Assembly (NCBI GenBank): GCA_963733295.1
Contig: CAVTCS010000003.1
Span: 640,001 to 704,000, forward strand
Origin: Vulcanimicrobiota bacterium
GTDB taxonomy: Bacteria > Vulcanimicrobiota > Vulcanimicrobiia > Vulcanimicrobiales > Vulcanimicrobiaceae
Direction: 5' to 3'
DNA length: 64,000 nt
A program made the translations under genes and the position numbers. The first letter of the stretch is position 1. Every line of letters begins with the position of its first letter. Below are positions 42,311-50,850 of this stretch, piece by piece. The notes under the pieces are model-generated. The model saw nothing but the letters and a program-made list of their open reading frames with translations. It did no database searches and was not told where the DNA came from.

Positions 42311-42537
42311 AGGTGGCTCCTTTTCGGAAGAAGTGAGGACCAGGGACGGTTCAAAAAACCATCCCGCTGGACAGGGACCCGAGCGGCCGCAAGCCGCTGT
42401 TGCCAAAGTCTACCATAACCCCCCAGCACGGGCTAGGCAGCAAAACGTTCATCCGTCACATTGCGGCGGGCGAGGGACCGCTCGGAATTCGAGATAACGT
42501 GAGTGCGTCGACGTCGCCGCATGTCTTTGGCGGCGGT

Positions 42538-44208
42538 CTAGGGCTTGAAAAGGCCGGGGCTTAGGACCGGAGGGGCCGGGCGCGCCGGCATTCGCGTCGT
42601 ACGGACGAAGCGGCGCGCCGCCGAAGCACGTTGAGCGTTGGACTTGGCGATCATGGCTGCAAATTGTTCCGAATGCGGATTGCCGAAATGCGACGTGCGG
42701 TGCGACGAGGCGCTGCGGCTCTTCAGGCTGACGCCGGCCAGGCGAGTCGAGGCGTCACCGTATGGGTGAGCCACGATGCGGTATTGGAACGCAAGCGTGT
42801 TGCGGCCGCCCATGAGCTCTCGAACGGCGAATCCGCGCGGCGTCTTGTTCGCGACGTAGAGGCCGTGACAGTCGCCTTCGGGCGTGACGAATACGAGATA
42901 CGGCCGGCTGGTGTCGATCGTGGACGCAAAACTCCGCTCGAGCGGAACGTTTGCCTGCCCGTTCACCATTTCCGCCTCGCCGAAGTCTTCCATCGTGGGC
43001 AGACTCTGGCTCGCCGCATACGTCTTCAGCGCGGCACCGCTCGACGTCTTGTGGATCGATCCCCACGGTCCGGTGAGGCAGTTGGCGGTGTTCCCTTCCG
43101 GGAACACGGCGCAGTCCGTGTAAATTGCGCCGGTGACGTAGACGTCGCCGCTGATCTGGACGTCGCTGCCTCGGCAATCTCCGAGTATTTCCGAGCCGTA
43201 GCTCGCGCACGCCGTGTCTTCGATGATGAAGGTTTCACCGTGAGGACCGCGGCCTCCGGTGACGTCGTTGTAAGTCGCAAAGGGATAGGTTCCCGCGGCT
43301 CCCTCGATCGCTTGGACGACGGGAGCCGATGCGCTGCCCGATTGCCCGTACGCGGTGATTCCAATGCCGGAAGATGAGGTGAGGGCCACGCCAGCGTGAC
43401 TGAGATCCGAAACCGCCTCAAGCCCGAAGTTCGCACCGGCTCCGGCTTCGAACCACCCGGCCGTAGCTCCGGAATCGCTGTACGACTTGATTCCATAAAG
43501 ACCGCCGCCGTATTGGTACGAGTCGATGGAATCGTTCCCATTGGAGGAGTAGGCGTAGAGCGCTTGTCCGCCGTTCGAGGTTCCAAGTGAGAACGCTCCA
43601 ACTCCGGCGCCGTACGTAGAAGAACCCGCGGCTCCGAAGTTGCTCGCCACCGTCGACTCGTCGTTTCCGTACACGCCGGCCCAACCGTTGCTCGAGGTAG
43701 AAGTCGAACCCGCCACGCCGTATCCGACGGCAGATTCGCCGACGACTCCGTTCCCTGAGGCGCCGCTGGAGAAACCGAACACCGCGCTGCCGCCCGAAGA
43801 GTTGTTGACGCCATAGACGGAAGCTGCGCCTCCGTTGTTGTTGAATCCGTACACCCCGGGTCCGGTGGCCGAGTATCCGTAGATGCCGTACGCAGAGGTT
43901 CCGGTCGATTGCGCCCAACCGACGACGCCGACCGACTGCGGAGTTTGTACGTAGCCCACGACGCCGTCGATATTGATGGCGCTCGAAGCGACGGTTCCGT
44001 ACCCGAAGACGCCCGCATCGTTTTGATAGCCGGTGATCCCCTTGATCGCGTAGCCGGGCGCTCCGCTCGGACCGCTGTCGGTGACCTTCAACGGCCCCGG
44101 TATCGATTGCGCCGCGACCGGTCCAACAAGCCCGAGGACGAGCGCGCAAGCACGAGCCAGAATTACCAAAGCGAACGAACGTCGAAACGCACGCATGAGT
44201 GAGCGCAA
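42538..44208 (-). CDS. Secreted fibre-like protein, paralog 3
   Basis: Same QSIPGPLKVTDSGPSG N-terminus and PTMEDFGEA C-terminal domain; AAGGAG + TTG. Confidence 0.85.
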   Translation of the reverse strand: MRSLMRAFRRSFALVILARACALVLGLVGPVAAQSIPGPLKVTDSGPSGAPGYAIKGITGYQNDAGVFGYGTVASSAINIDGVVGYVQTPQSVGVVGWAQSTGTSAYGIYGYSATGPGVYGFNNNGGAASVYGVNNSSGGSAVFGFSSGASGNGVVGESAVGYGVAGSTSTSSNGWAGVYGNDESTVASNFGAAGSSTYGAGVGAFSLGTSNGGQALYAYSSNGNDSIDSYQYGGGLYGIKSYSDSGATAGWFEAGAGANFGLEAVSDLSHAGVALTSSSGIGITAYGQSGSASAPVVQAIEGAAGTYPFATYNDVTGGRGPHGETFIIEDTACASYGSEILGDCRGSDVQISGDVYVTGAIYTDCAVFPEGNTANCLTGPWGSIHKTSSGAALKTYAASQSLPTMEDFGEAEMVNGQANVPLERSFASTIDTSRPYLVFVTPEGDCHGLYVANKTPRGFAVRELMGGRNTLAFQYRIVAHPYGDASTRLAGVSLKSRSASSHRTSHFGNPHSEQFAAMIAKSNAQRASAARRFVRTTRMPARPAPPVLSPGLFKP

Positions 44209-44256
44209 AGCTGACTCCTTTACCGGTGAGAGGCCCGAGCAAGCGGGCGTCCGTAA

Positions 44257-44265
44257 AATGTATCA
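44257..44265 (-). promoter_or_regulatory. Extended -10 promoter of paralog 3
   Basis: TGaTACATT about 50 nt upstream of the start. Confidence 0.4.
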
Positions 44266-44293
44266 CGAGCCCGAACGGGGCGCCAGGCGGCGC

Positions 44294-45073
44294 CTAGAAT
44301 TGGCCCGCGCGATGCAACCTTTGCTCGGACGGAACTCGAAACTCGGCACTCGATTTCGGGAGTCGCACGAAGCGCCCGAGTAACTGTTGCGTGCGCTCGG
44401 GAAACGTCGCGTACTCGTCCTCGGCGAGGCAGTGCGCGTAGTCGACTTGCTGGCGGATGAATGCGCGCGTGTACTGCATGTTCACGGCGCGGCGCGGCTC
44501 GTTCGTGGAGTTCGTACTGCCCCGATGCCACAACCGGCTGTTGAAAACGAGCGCGGTTCCCGCAGCGCCCGTCACTTGGACCGCAAGCTCCTCGAGCTGC
44601 GCGTCGCTCGGACGACGCTCCGCGCGATGCGTACCGGGAACCACGAACGTGGCACCGTTTTGCGGCGTGAAGTCGTCGACGAATGCGAACGCGTTGAAGG
44701 AGACGTCGGCTCCGTTGAGCCACGGACGAAAATCCTGGTGGAAGGCGGCTTGTTGGTGCTGCTTCGAGGGGAAGAGCACGATGCCGTTCTGCAGGTGTAA
44801 GATGCACGCCGGTCCGAGCATCCGCTCCACCAGCGGCATAACCGCCGGCAAAGCGATCAGCGAGAGGAAGAAGCGATCGCGCACCATCGGAAAGCGCAAC
44901 GTGCCGTACTCGCCGATTTCGAGCAAATGCCGCTCGCCGAACTCTTCCACGTCCAGGCGCTGCAAGGCATCGAGCTTTTGACGCGCGATTCCAAGCGTCG
45001 CGGCGTCGAGCGCGTTCTCGACGAGCACGAACCCGTCGCTTTGCAGGCGCTCGAAAGCGCGTTCGCTATCCAT
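44294..45073 (-). CDS. Phytanoyl-CoA dioxygenase-family Fe(II)/2OG oxygenase
   Basis: DGFVLVENAL, HQD, NGATFVVPGTH, WHRG..N...RR. Confidence 0.88.
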   Translation of the reverse strand: MDSERAFERLQSDGFVLVENALDAATLGIARQKLDALQRLDVEEFGERHLLEIGEYGTLRFPMVRDRFFLSLIALPAVMPLVERMLGPACILHLQNGIVLFPSKQHQQAAFHQDFRPWLNGADVSFNAFAFVDDFTPQNGATFVVPGTHRAERRPSDAQLEELAVQVTGAAGTALVFNSRLWHRGSTNSTNEPRRAVNMQYTRAFIRQQVDYAHCLAEDEYATFPERTQQLLGRFVRLPKSSAEFRVPSEQRLHRAGQF

Positions 45074-46004
45074 CCTTGCTTTCGCGCTCGTAGACTTCGC
45101 GGACGACCGTCAGCGGGCGCCGTTTGATCTCGACGAACATCACGGACAGGTAGATCGCGACGATTCCAACGCTGAAGATGATCATTCCGCCGAGTAGCCA
45201 GACGGAGACGATCAGCGAGGTATAGCCTTCGGGCGCTCGTCCGAAGAAAAGAAACCGCGAAACCAAGTAAATCGTGTAGAGCACCGACAGCGCCGAAATC
45301 GCGAAACCGAAGTAGGCGATGTAGACGAGGGGTTTGTCGCTGAATGCGGTGATCGAGCGGATCATCAGAGCGCTCTTGCGCCGCAAATCGTACGTCGAGG
45401 TTCCCTTGTCGCGTTTGACCACCGGCACCGGCAACTGCGTAAAGCCGGTCGAGAGCCAAAGTCCCGAGATGACCAGCTCGCTTTCCGGGTGCGCGATGAG
45501 GTTGTCGACGTAGCGCCGGGTCATCAGACGCGCGACCACGACGTTCTCGGGAAGCTGCAAGTCCCAGAGCGCGTGCAGGATGGCGTAGTGGAGCTTCCCC
45601 GTGATTCGTTCGAACCAGGCGCCTTTACGGACGGATTGGACGCCGTAGACGACGTCCGCATTCCGGTTCGCCGCGAGAATCGCGTTGAACTGGCCGAGGA
45701 GTTCGGGTTCTTCCTCCAAATCGCAGTCGATGAGGAAGACGAGCTTCCCGGCAGCGTGGCGCAGACCGGTCATCATCGCTTTGTGATGTCCGAAGTTGCG
45801 CGAGAGATCGACGATCTTGACGTGCGGGTCGGATTCGCGCAGCGTGAGCGCGATGGCCAGCGATTCGTCGGGCGAGCCGTCGTTGACGAAGAGTATTTCG
45901 TAGTCGCCGGTGAGCTTCATGGCTTCGCTCGAAACGCGACGATGAAACTCCAGTAGATACGGAGCCGAGCGAAACATCGTAGTGACGACCGACAGTTCGA
46001 TCAC
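45066..46004 (-). CDS. GtrB/ArnC-like GT2 polyprenyl-phosphate glycosyltransferase
   Basis: FVNDGSPD, LSRNFGHH, IDCDLEE, two C-terminal TMs, EIKRRP. Confidence 0.9.
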   Translation of the reverse strand: MIELSVVTTMFRSAPYLLEFHRRVSSEAMKLTGDYEILFVNDGSPDESLAIALTLRESDPHVKIVDLSRNFGHHKAMMTGLRHAAGKLVFLIDCDLEEEPELLGQFNAILAANRNADVVYGVQSVRKGAWFERITGKLHYAILHALWDLQLPENVVVARLMTRRYVDNLIAHPESELVISGLWLSTGFTQLPVPVVKRDKGTSTYDLRRKSALMIRSITAFSDKPLVYIAYFGFAISALSVLYTIYLVSRFLFFGRAPEGYTSLIVSVWLLGGMIIFSVGIVAIYLSVMFVEIKRRPLTVVREVYERESKDG

Positions 46005-46022
46005 GACGAGTCACCTTTTTGC

Positions 46023-47747
46023 TCAAGAATTCGTCCGGACCTCCGGTTTGACTCGGGTCTCGCACCATACGCGTTGAACGGTCGTCACCGGAATCGGATG
46101 GAGAACGACGCTGCGCAGCTGCCCCCCAAAGCGTTCCGAGCACCAAATCCTCAACTCCTCGAGGCGATTCTGGTCGGCAACCATGAGTATGCCGGCGGGC
46201 GATCTGACTCTCTCGATAAACCCTCGACCGCTCGCTTCTTCGGCGGACGCAACGGAGAATGGGGCAAACGTAAAGACGCCAAACGGATAGAGTTTCAAGA
46301 CACGCGCTTCTGGATCGTTTGCGAGAAGCGGAAAAATGTATTCGATGGGAAGCCCCGCACCCCAATCGACGACGACTTCATCGGGTAGTCCCCGGATGTT
46401 CGCTTGCTCGATTCGAACCCTCCGCAGCGAGTCGAAAGCCTCAGGGGCAATCGCACGATAGACGAGGATCGCCGACAAGGTCACGACACCCGCCGCAATG
46501 AGACGCCGCGCTCTCGCGTTCCGCAGCCGCTCTTTGAGATCAGCGTCTCGCTGGGGAACGGACAAGAATATCAGCGAGATCGCGCAGAGCAAATCGAGCG
46601 CAGGAAAATCGGTGCGCAAGACTCCGCCGCGCCCGAGGAATCCCATGACGAAGACCGTCGCGCAGAGTATTGCCCACGAAAGAACAACGGGCCCTCTCGG
46701 CCTCAAAGCTAGAAGGGCTAAGGCGCAGAACGCGACGGGCAAGATCTCCGGCGAAATCAGCGCTTGCAGAGAAGAGAAACCCGCAGTCATGCCGGCGCTC
46801 AGATATTCCGCCGGCCCTAGAGCTGCGAGCAGCGCTTGTAACTTCTGTGGGTCGGCGATCTTGGGATCGACGAAGAAGAAGTGCTGTATGAGGTTCAGAT
46901 CGTTTTGTGAATATCCGTAGCGCGCGAGAATTTCCGGATGCGATCTCAACCGATCGGCAGCTCCAAAATCGGTGAATGCCGCCCGAACGGCGTTCAAGTC
47001 GTTGTAGCGTTCCCACTTGCTACCGGTATAGTGCGAGTGGTCGAAGAGCGCGGCGACGACCAAGAGTGAAAAGATGAGGCCGGCAGCGATCTGCAGTTTC
47101 CTATCGGTCCGGATGCCGCTGTACGCGACGAGCGGCGACGCGACCACGCAGACCACGAAGAATTCTTGGCTTCGAACGAGATACCCCGCAAACGCAAGCA
47201 GCGCAGCGAGAAGCAGTGCGCCACTCTTGCCCGAACGAGCGTATACCCAGAAGCCGAGCACCGCTGCGACGGTGAGGAGTCCTGCATTGAGCGTAAACTG
47301 CGGAAAGATCGTTGGTCGCAGGATGAAAAGAAAGACGGCGATCGTCGAAACGTAGAGTCCAACTCCAAGTCGCCGAAGGAAATAAAGAATCGCGGTTCCG
47401 GCTCCGAGGAGCGCCAGCAGGGCGGCGATCGAGTAACCCAAGACGCCGTAGACGCTTGGGATCGCACGTGCGACGTATCCCCAGAGTACGCCGGAAAAGA
47501 CGAGATCGGGCGAGCCATACGCCGCAATTCCGTAGCCGTGCGCGACCATCGACATCGCGACGTCGTCATTCGTTTCCCAGCGCGGTACGAAAAACAAACA
47601 CGACAGAATGAGGAAGCCGGTCACTGCTCCGAGCGACGAGAGGGCGAGCCAGGCTGACGACGATTCAACTTTTCTCAAGCGCGAACCAATTCTCAGGTCT
47701 GTCGACCGCTTGTCGAGGAGGCAGTGCTCGGCCGTTCGCCGTAGCAT
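46023..47747 (-). CDS. Polytopic membrane protein, probable GT-C glycosyltransferase (start uncertain)
   Basis: About 10 TM helices, WETNDD acidic motif after TM1; directly upstream of the GtrB-like gene. Confidence 0.65.
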   Translation of the reverse strand: MLRRTAEHCLLDKRSTDLRIGSRLRKVESSSAWLALSSLGAVTGFLILSCLFFVPRWETNDDVAMSMVAHGYGIAAYGSPDLVFSGVLWGYVARAIPSVYGVLGYSIAALLALLGAGTAILYFLRRLGVGLYVSTIAVFLFILRPTIFPQFTLNAGLLTVAAVLGFWVYARSGKSGALLLAALLAFAGYLVRSQEFFVVCVVASPLVAYSGIRTDRKLQIAAGLIFSLLVVAALFDHSHYTGSKWERYNDLNAVRAAFTDFGAADRLRSHPEILARYGYSQNDLNLIQHFFFVDPKIADPQKLQALLAALGPAEYLSAGMTAGFSSLQALISPEILPVAFCALALLALRPRGPVVLSWAILCATVFVMGFLGRGGVLRTDFPALDLLCAISLIFLSVPQRDADLKERLRNARARRLIAAGVVTLSAILVYRAIAPEAFDSLRRVRIEQANIRGLPDEVVVDWGAGLPIEYIFPLLANDPEARVLKLYPFGVFTFAPFSVASAEEASGRGFIERVRSPAGILMVADQNRLEELRIWCSERFGGQLRSVVLHPIPVTTVQRVWCETRVKPEVRTNS

Positions 47748-47755
47748 GTCGTAAC

Positions 47756-48646
47756 TTGCGACTATGTCCCTTTTGCGCTTCGAGCGCTCGCGACTCGGAT
47801 TGGGAATGCACGCGTTGTGGCCGAGCTCCGCAGAAGGTCGAAGGCTACGTTCGGCTAGCCCCGCAATTTGCCGAGGACACGACGGGATTCGACGCGGATT
47901 TTTTCGACCGGTTATTCGGCGTCGAAGACGGTAGTTTTTGGTTTGTGGGGCGCAGCGCCCTCATCGTGTGGGCGCTTCGGAAGTATTTCGGAGCGGCAAA
48001 AGATCTCTTGGAGATCGGCTGCGGCACCGGTTACGTGCTGGCGTGCCTTCACGACGCCTTTCCGCAATTGCGACTCTCCGGAAGCGAGGTGCTAGCCGCC
48101 GGCTTGCCCTTCGCGAGTTCGCGCATGACGGGGGCCGAGCTTCTTCAGATGGACGCGCGCAGCATTCCCTTCGACCGCGAGTTCGACGTGGTCTGCGCCT
48201 TCGACGTCATCGAGCACATCGCGGAGGACGGAGAAGTTCTCGAGCAGATGTACCGCGCGGCGAAACCCGGCGGCGGTATCATGCTCACCGTTCCCCAGCA
48301 CGCATGGCTTTGGAGCCGGACGGACGACTACGCGCGCCACGAGCGCCGCTACAGCCGCCGGGCGTTGATCGATAAAGTTCGCGCGGCGGGTTTCTCAGTT
48401 CTGCGAGTCACTTCGTTCGTCTCGCTTCTGATGCCGCTCATGATCGCGAGCCGCGCGCTCGACGGCGTACGTAGACACGAGTCCGGCACGCCCGCCGAGT
48501 TTCGTCTGCCGGAATGGCTCAATGCCGGGCTTTGCCGAGGCCTCGATCTCGAGCGATGGCTCATCGGACTCGGAGTATCGTTTCCGGCCGGGGGCTCGCT
48601 CTTGCTGGTGGCGCAGCGGCCCGCGCTGCCCGAGCCGCCTCCTTGA
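47756..48646 (+). CDS. Class I SAM-dependent methyltransferase (glycan-locus type) with N-terminal Zn ribbon
   Basis: CPFC..CTRC, FWFVGR, LEIGCGTG, FDVIEHI, H.RRYS. Confidence 0.88.
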   Translation: MRLCPFCASSARDSDWECTRCGRAPQKVEGYVRLAPQFAEDTTGFDADFFDRLFGVEDGSFWFVGRSALIVWALRKYFGAAKDLLEIGCGTGYVLACLHDAFPQLRLSGSEVLAAGLPFASSRMTGAELLQMDARSIPFDREFDVVCAFDVIEHIAEDGEVLEQMYRAAKPGGGIMLTVPQHAWLWSRTDDYARHERRYSRRALIDKVRAAGFSVLRVTSFVSLLMPLMIASRALDGVRRHESGTPAEFRLPEWLNAGLCRGLDLERWLIGLGVSFPAGGSLLLVAQRPALPEPPP

Positions 48647-50766
48647 GGGTTTTCAGCCCTTCGCGCATCGTCACGTGGTGCGCGTTGCTCGTTATTCCGT
48701 TTGTCGCGATGGGTTCGGCGATCGGCAAAGTGGGTCTCGTCTTGGACGACTGGTTTCTGTGGCGCGCCGCCGCCGAAAACCGCTGGTTCGCGCTCGATGG
48801 CCTGCGGCCGCTTTGCTGCCTGCCGATGGCGCTGGCGCATGGGTTCGCCGGCAACAACATGTCGCTGCTGGCCGTTTTCAACATCCTCGCGCACGGCGTG
48901 TCCGCGATCCTCGCGTACGAGTTCGGACTGCTGCTGCTCTCGCAAGCGTTTCCCCGGAGCGGCCGCTTCTTGGCTGCGATCGCAGCAGCAATCTTCGTCG
49001 TCTATCCCTCCGACGTTTCGAGATATTGGTTTACCGCCTCGATCGGTGCGCGCTTCGTTACGATCGAGCTCCTGTCGGCGGCGCTCCTCTGGATGCTGGC
49101 GGTGCGAACGCGACGGCCCGCGCTGGTCGCTTTGGCGTTCGTCCCGGCGGGGGTCGATCTCTTGAGAACCGAAAGCGGGGTCGCGCTTTTGGCGTTGCTT
49201 CCATTCTTGACGTTCGCCCGCAGCGAGCGTCCGTGGCGTTTCCCGTGGATCGCGCCTTCGGCGCTCTGGTTCGGTGCGCTCGGCGGCTATCTGGTTTGGC
49301 ACTTCGCATTTGCCAAAGCGCAGTGGCCTTTCGGACGGTTCGGCAGCGCGATCGCCGACGTTCGCCCACTCGAATTGGCCTCGCCGCTGGCGATTATCGG
49401 ATGGTTCGTTGCGAGTCTCTGGGAGATGACGGCCGAGACGGTGGGTCTCGCCTTCCGCCAGCTCGATGCCGCGGTGCGAGGCGGAACGGACAGCATCGGC
49501 TTGCCGATTTTCGCCGCCGGATTCGGAATCGCCGTCGCGTTGATCTTGTGGCTGGGAAGCCGCGACCGGCTCGACGCGGCGGAAATCGAAAACTCGCTGA
49601 ACCTGCGCCGCTGGTCGCGCTTCGCGCTGTGGGCTCTGCTCGTGACGTTCGCCGGTTTGCTTCCGTTTCTCGTCAACGGCACGCACTATGCGCCCGAACG
49701 GACGCAGCCGCACGGCGTTCTTTCGCGTTCGACGGCGATCGCGGCGCTCGGCGTCAGCGGGCTGCTCGTGGTCGTCGCGCTGCTGCCGCTCTACCGGCCC
49801 GAGAAGCGCGGAGCCCCGAACAAACGGCGGGTCCGGCGCGTGAACCCCGCGCTCAATCTGGTTGCCGCCGGGACGCTGTGTGCTTTCGTCGTCGCGCTCG
49901 GAGTCGTTCGTCTCGTGCAAGCGGGCGAGGACTATGCGAACGGTTGGAGCGAGCAGAAGGCGCTGCTGCGGGCGGCGCTGCGTAGCGGCGACGTTTGGCA
50001 AAGGGGCGCCGTCGTCGTACTGCACGATTTTCCCGTCCGCGCGGGCACTGCTCCGGCTCCGCTCACCGTTCAGTCCTGGGCGTATCGCTCGGCCCTCGGG
50101 CTCTTCTTGGACCCGGCACCCTCCGATCTGTTCCTTACCGCCGAGCCCTCGGATCTGCGAATCTTACCCGACAATGCGGGCGAGACTGCCGATTGGGTCA
50201 TCGAACGCGATGTTCTGGGCGTCAAGTGGTACCCGCGCGACCGGTTGCGCGTTCCGCTCAAGGACGTCGTCGTGCTGGCGTACGATCCCGTCAGCGCGTC
50301 GATCGTCGTACTCGACAAATTTCCTCGCGAGAATCTTCCCAACGGATCTCCCGAGGTTCGTCTCTTCACAGGTCTGAATCGACCGCGAACGCCGCGTCGC
50401 ATCACCCCTGCCGCACTCGAGATGTTGGCGCCCTGGCCGCAAGCAACGTTGTGTTCCACTGAAGTCGTCGTTCGCTCGGCCGACGCCGCACCGCGGGACG
50501 GAACGATCGCGGCCTTTGCAGTTCCGTCAGGGAAGCTGCTCGATCGCCGCTACGTCGCATCGGGCGCAGCTCTGAACTACAGCTTTGCTACGCCATGCGG
50601 TACGATGGGCGTCTTGAGATTCGACCCTGGCTCGCGACGATTTATCGATGCGCTCCCGCTATCGCAGGCGAACGCTGCCGGGCGCGAAGCTTGGCGCGCG
50701 AGCGGCGACGGCACGACCCGGGCGGTACGGACCTCATTCCGCGAATTGAAAGCCGCTGGGATTTAG
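48643..50766 (+). CDS. Polytopic membrane protein, probable GT-C glycosyltransferase
   Basis: LDDW after TM1, RPL, many TMs, soluble C-terminal domain; TTGA overlap with upstream gene. Confidence 0.65.
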   Translation: MRVFSPSRIVTWCALLVIPFVAMGSAIGKVGLVLDDWFLWRAAAENRWFALDGLRPLCCLPMALAHGFAGNNMSLLAVFNILAHGVSAILAYEFGLLLLSQAFPRSGRFLAAIAAAIFVVYPSDVSRYWFTASIGARFVTIELLSAALLWMLAVRTRRPALVALAFVPAGVDLLRTESGVALLALLPFLTFARSERPWRFPWIAPSALWFGALGGYLVWHFAFAKAQWPFGRFGSAIADVRPLELASPLAIIGWFVASLWEMTAETVGLAFRQLDAAVRGGTDSIGLPIFAAGFGIAVALILWLGSRDRLDAAEIENSLNLRRWSRFALWALLVTFAGLLPFLVNGTHYAPERTQPHGVLSRSTAIAALGVSGLLVVVALLPLYRPEKRGAPNKRRVRRVNPALNLVAAGTLCAFVVALGVVRLVQAGEDYANGWSEQKALLRAALRSGDVWQRGAVVVLHDFPVRAGTAPAPLTVQSWAYRSALGLFLDPAPSDLFLTAEPSDLRILPDNAGETADWVIERDVLGVKWYPRDRLRVPLKDVVVLAYDPVSASIVVLDKFPRENLPNGSPEVRLFTGLNRPRTPRRITPAALEMLAPWPQATLCSTEVVVRSADAAPRDGTIAAFAVPSGKLLDRRYVASGAALNYSFATPCGTMGVLRFDPGSRRFIDALPLSQANAAGREAWRASGDGTTRAVRTSFRELKAAGI

Positions 50767-50781
50767 AGCGCAGCCCCAACG

Positions 50782-50820
50782 AAAGAAAAACGGCCGCGCT
50801 TTCGACGCGGCCGTTCTCTT
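50782..50820. terminator. Bidirectional intrinsic terminator
   Basis: A-tract, AACGGCCGCG-CTTTCGA-CGCGGCCGTT, CTCTT, between convergent genes. Confidence 0.8.
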
Positions 50821-50850
50821 CTGACCCCTCGAGGAGTCAGCCTTCGTTCG

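Larger units (their letters stand above)
38606..42419. repeat. Diverged tandem duplication of about 1.9 kb (38606-40486 and 40502-42419)
   Basis: Both units start with CATGGATAA..TACTGCGGGGTTTCTCC, share an identical terminator stem and the fibre gene, and end at GTCTACCATAAC. Confidence 0.9.
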
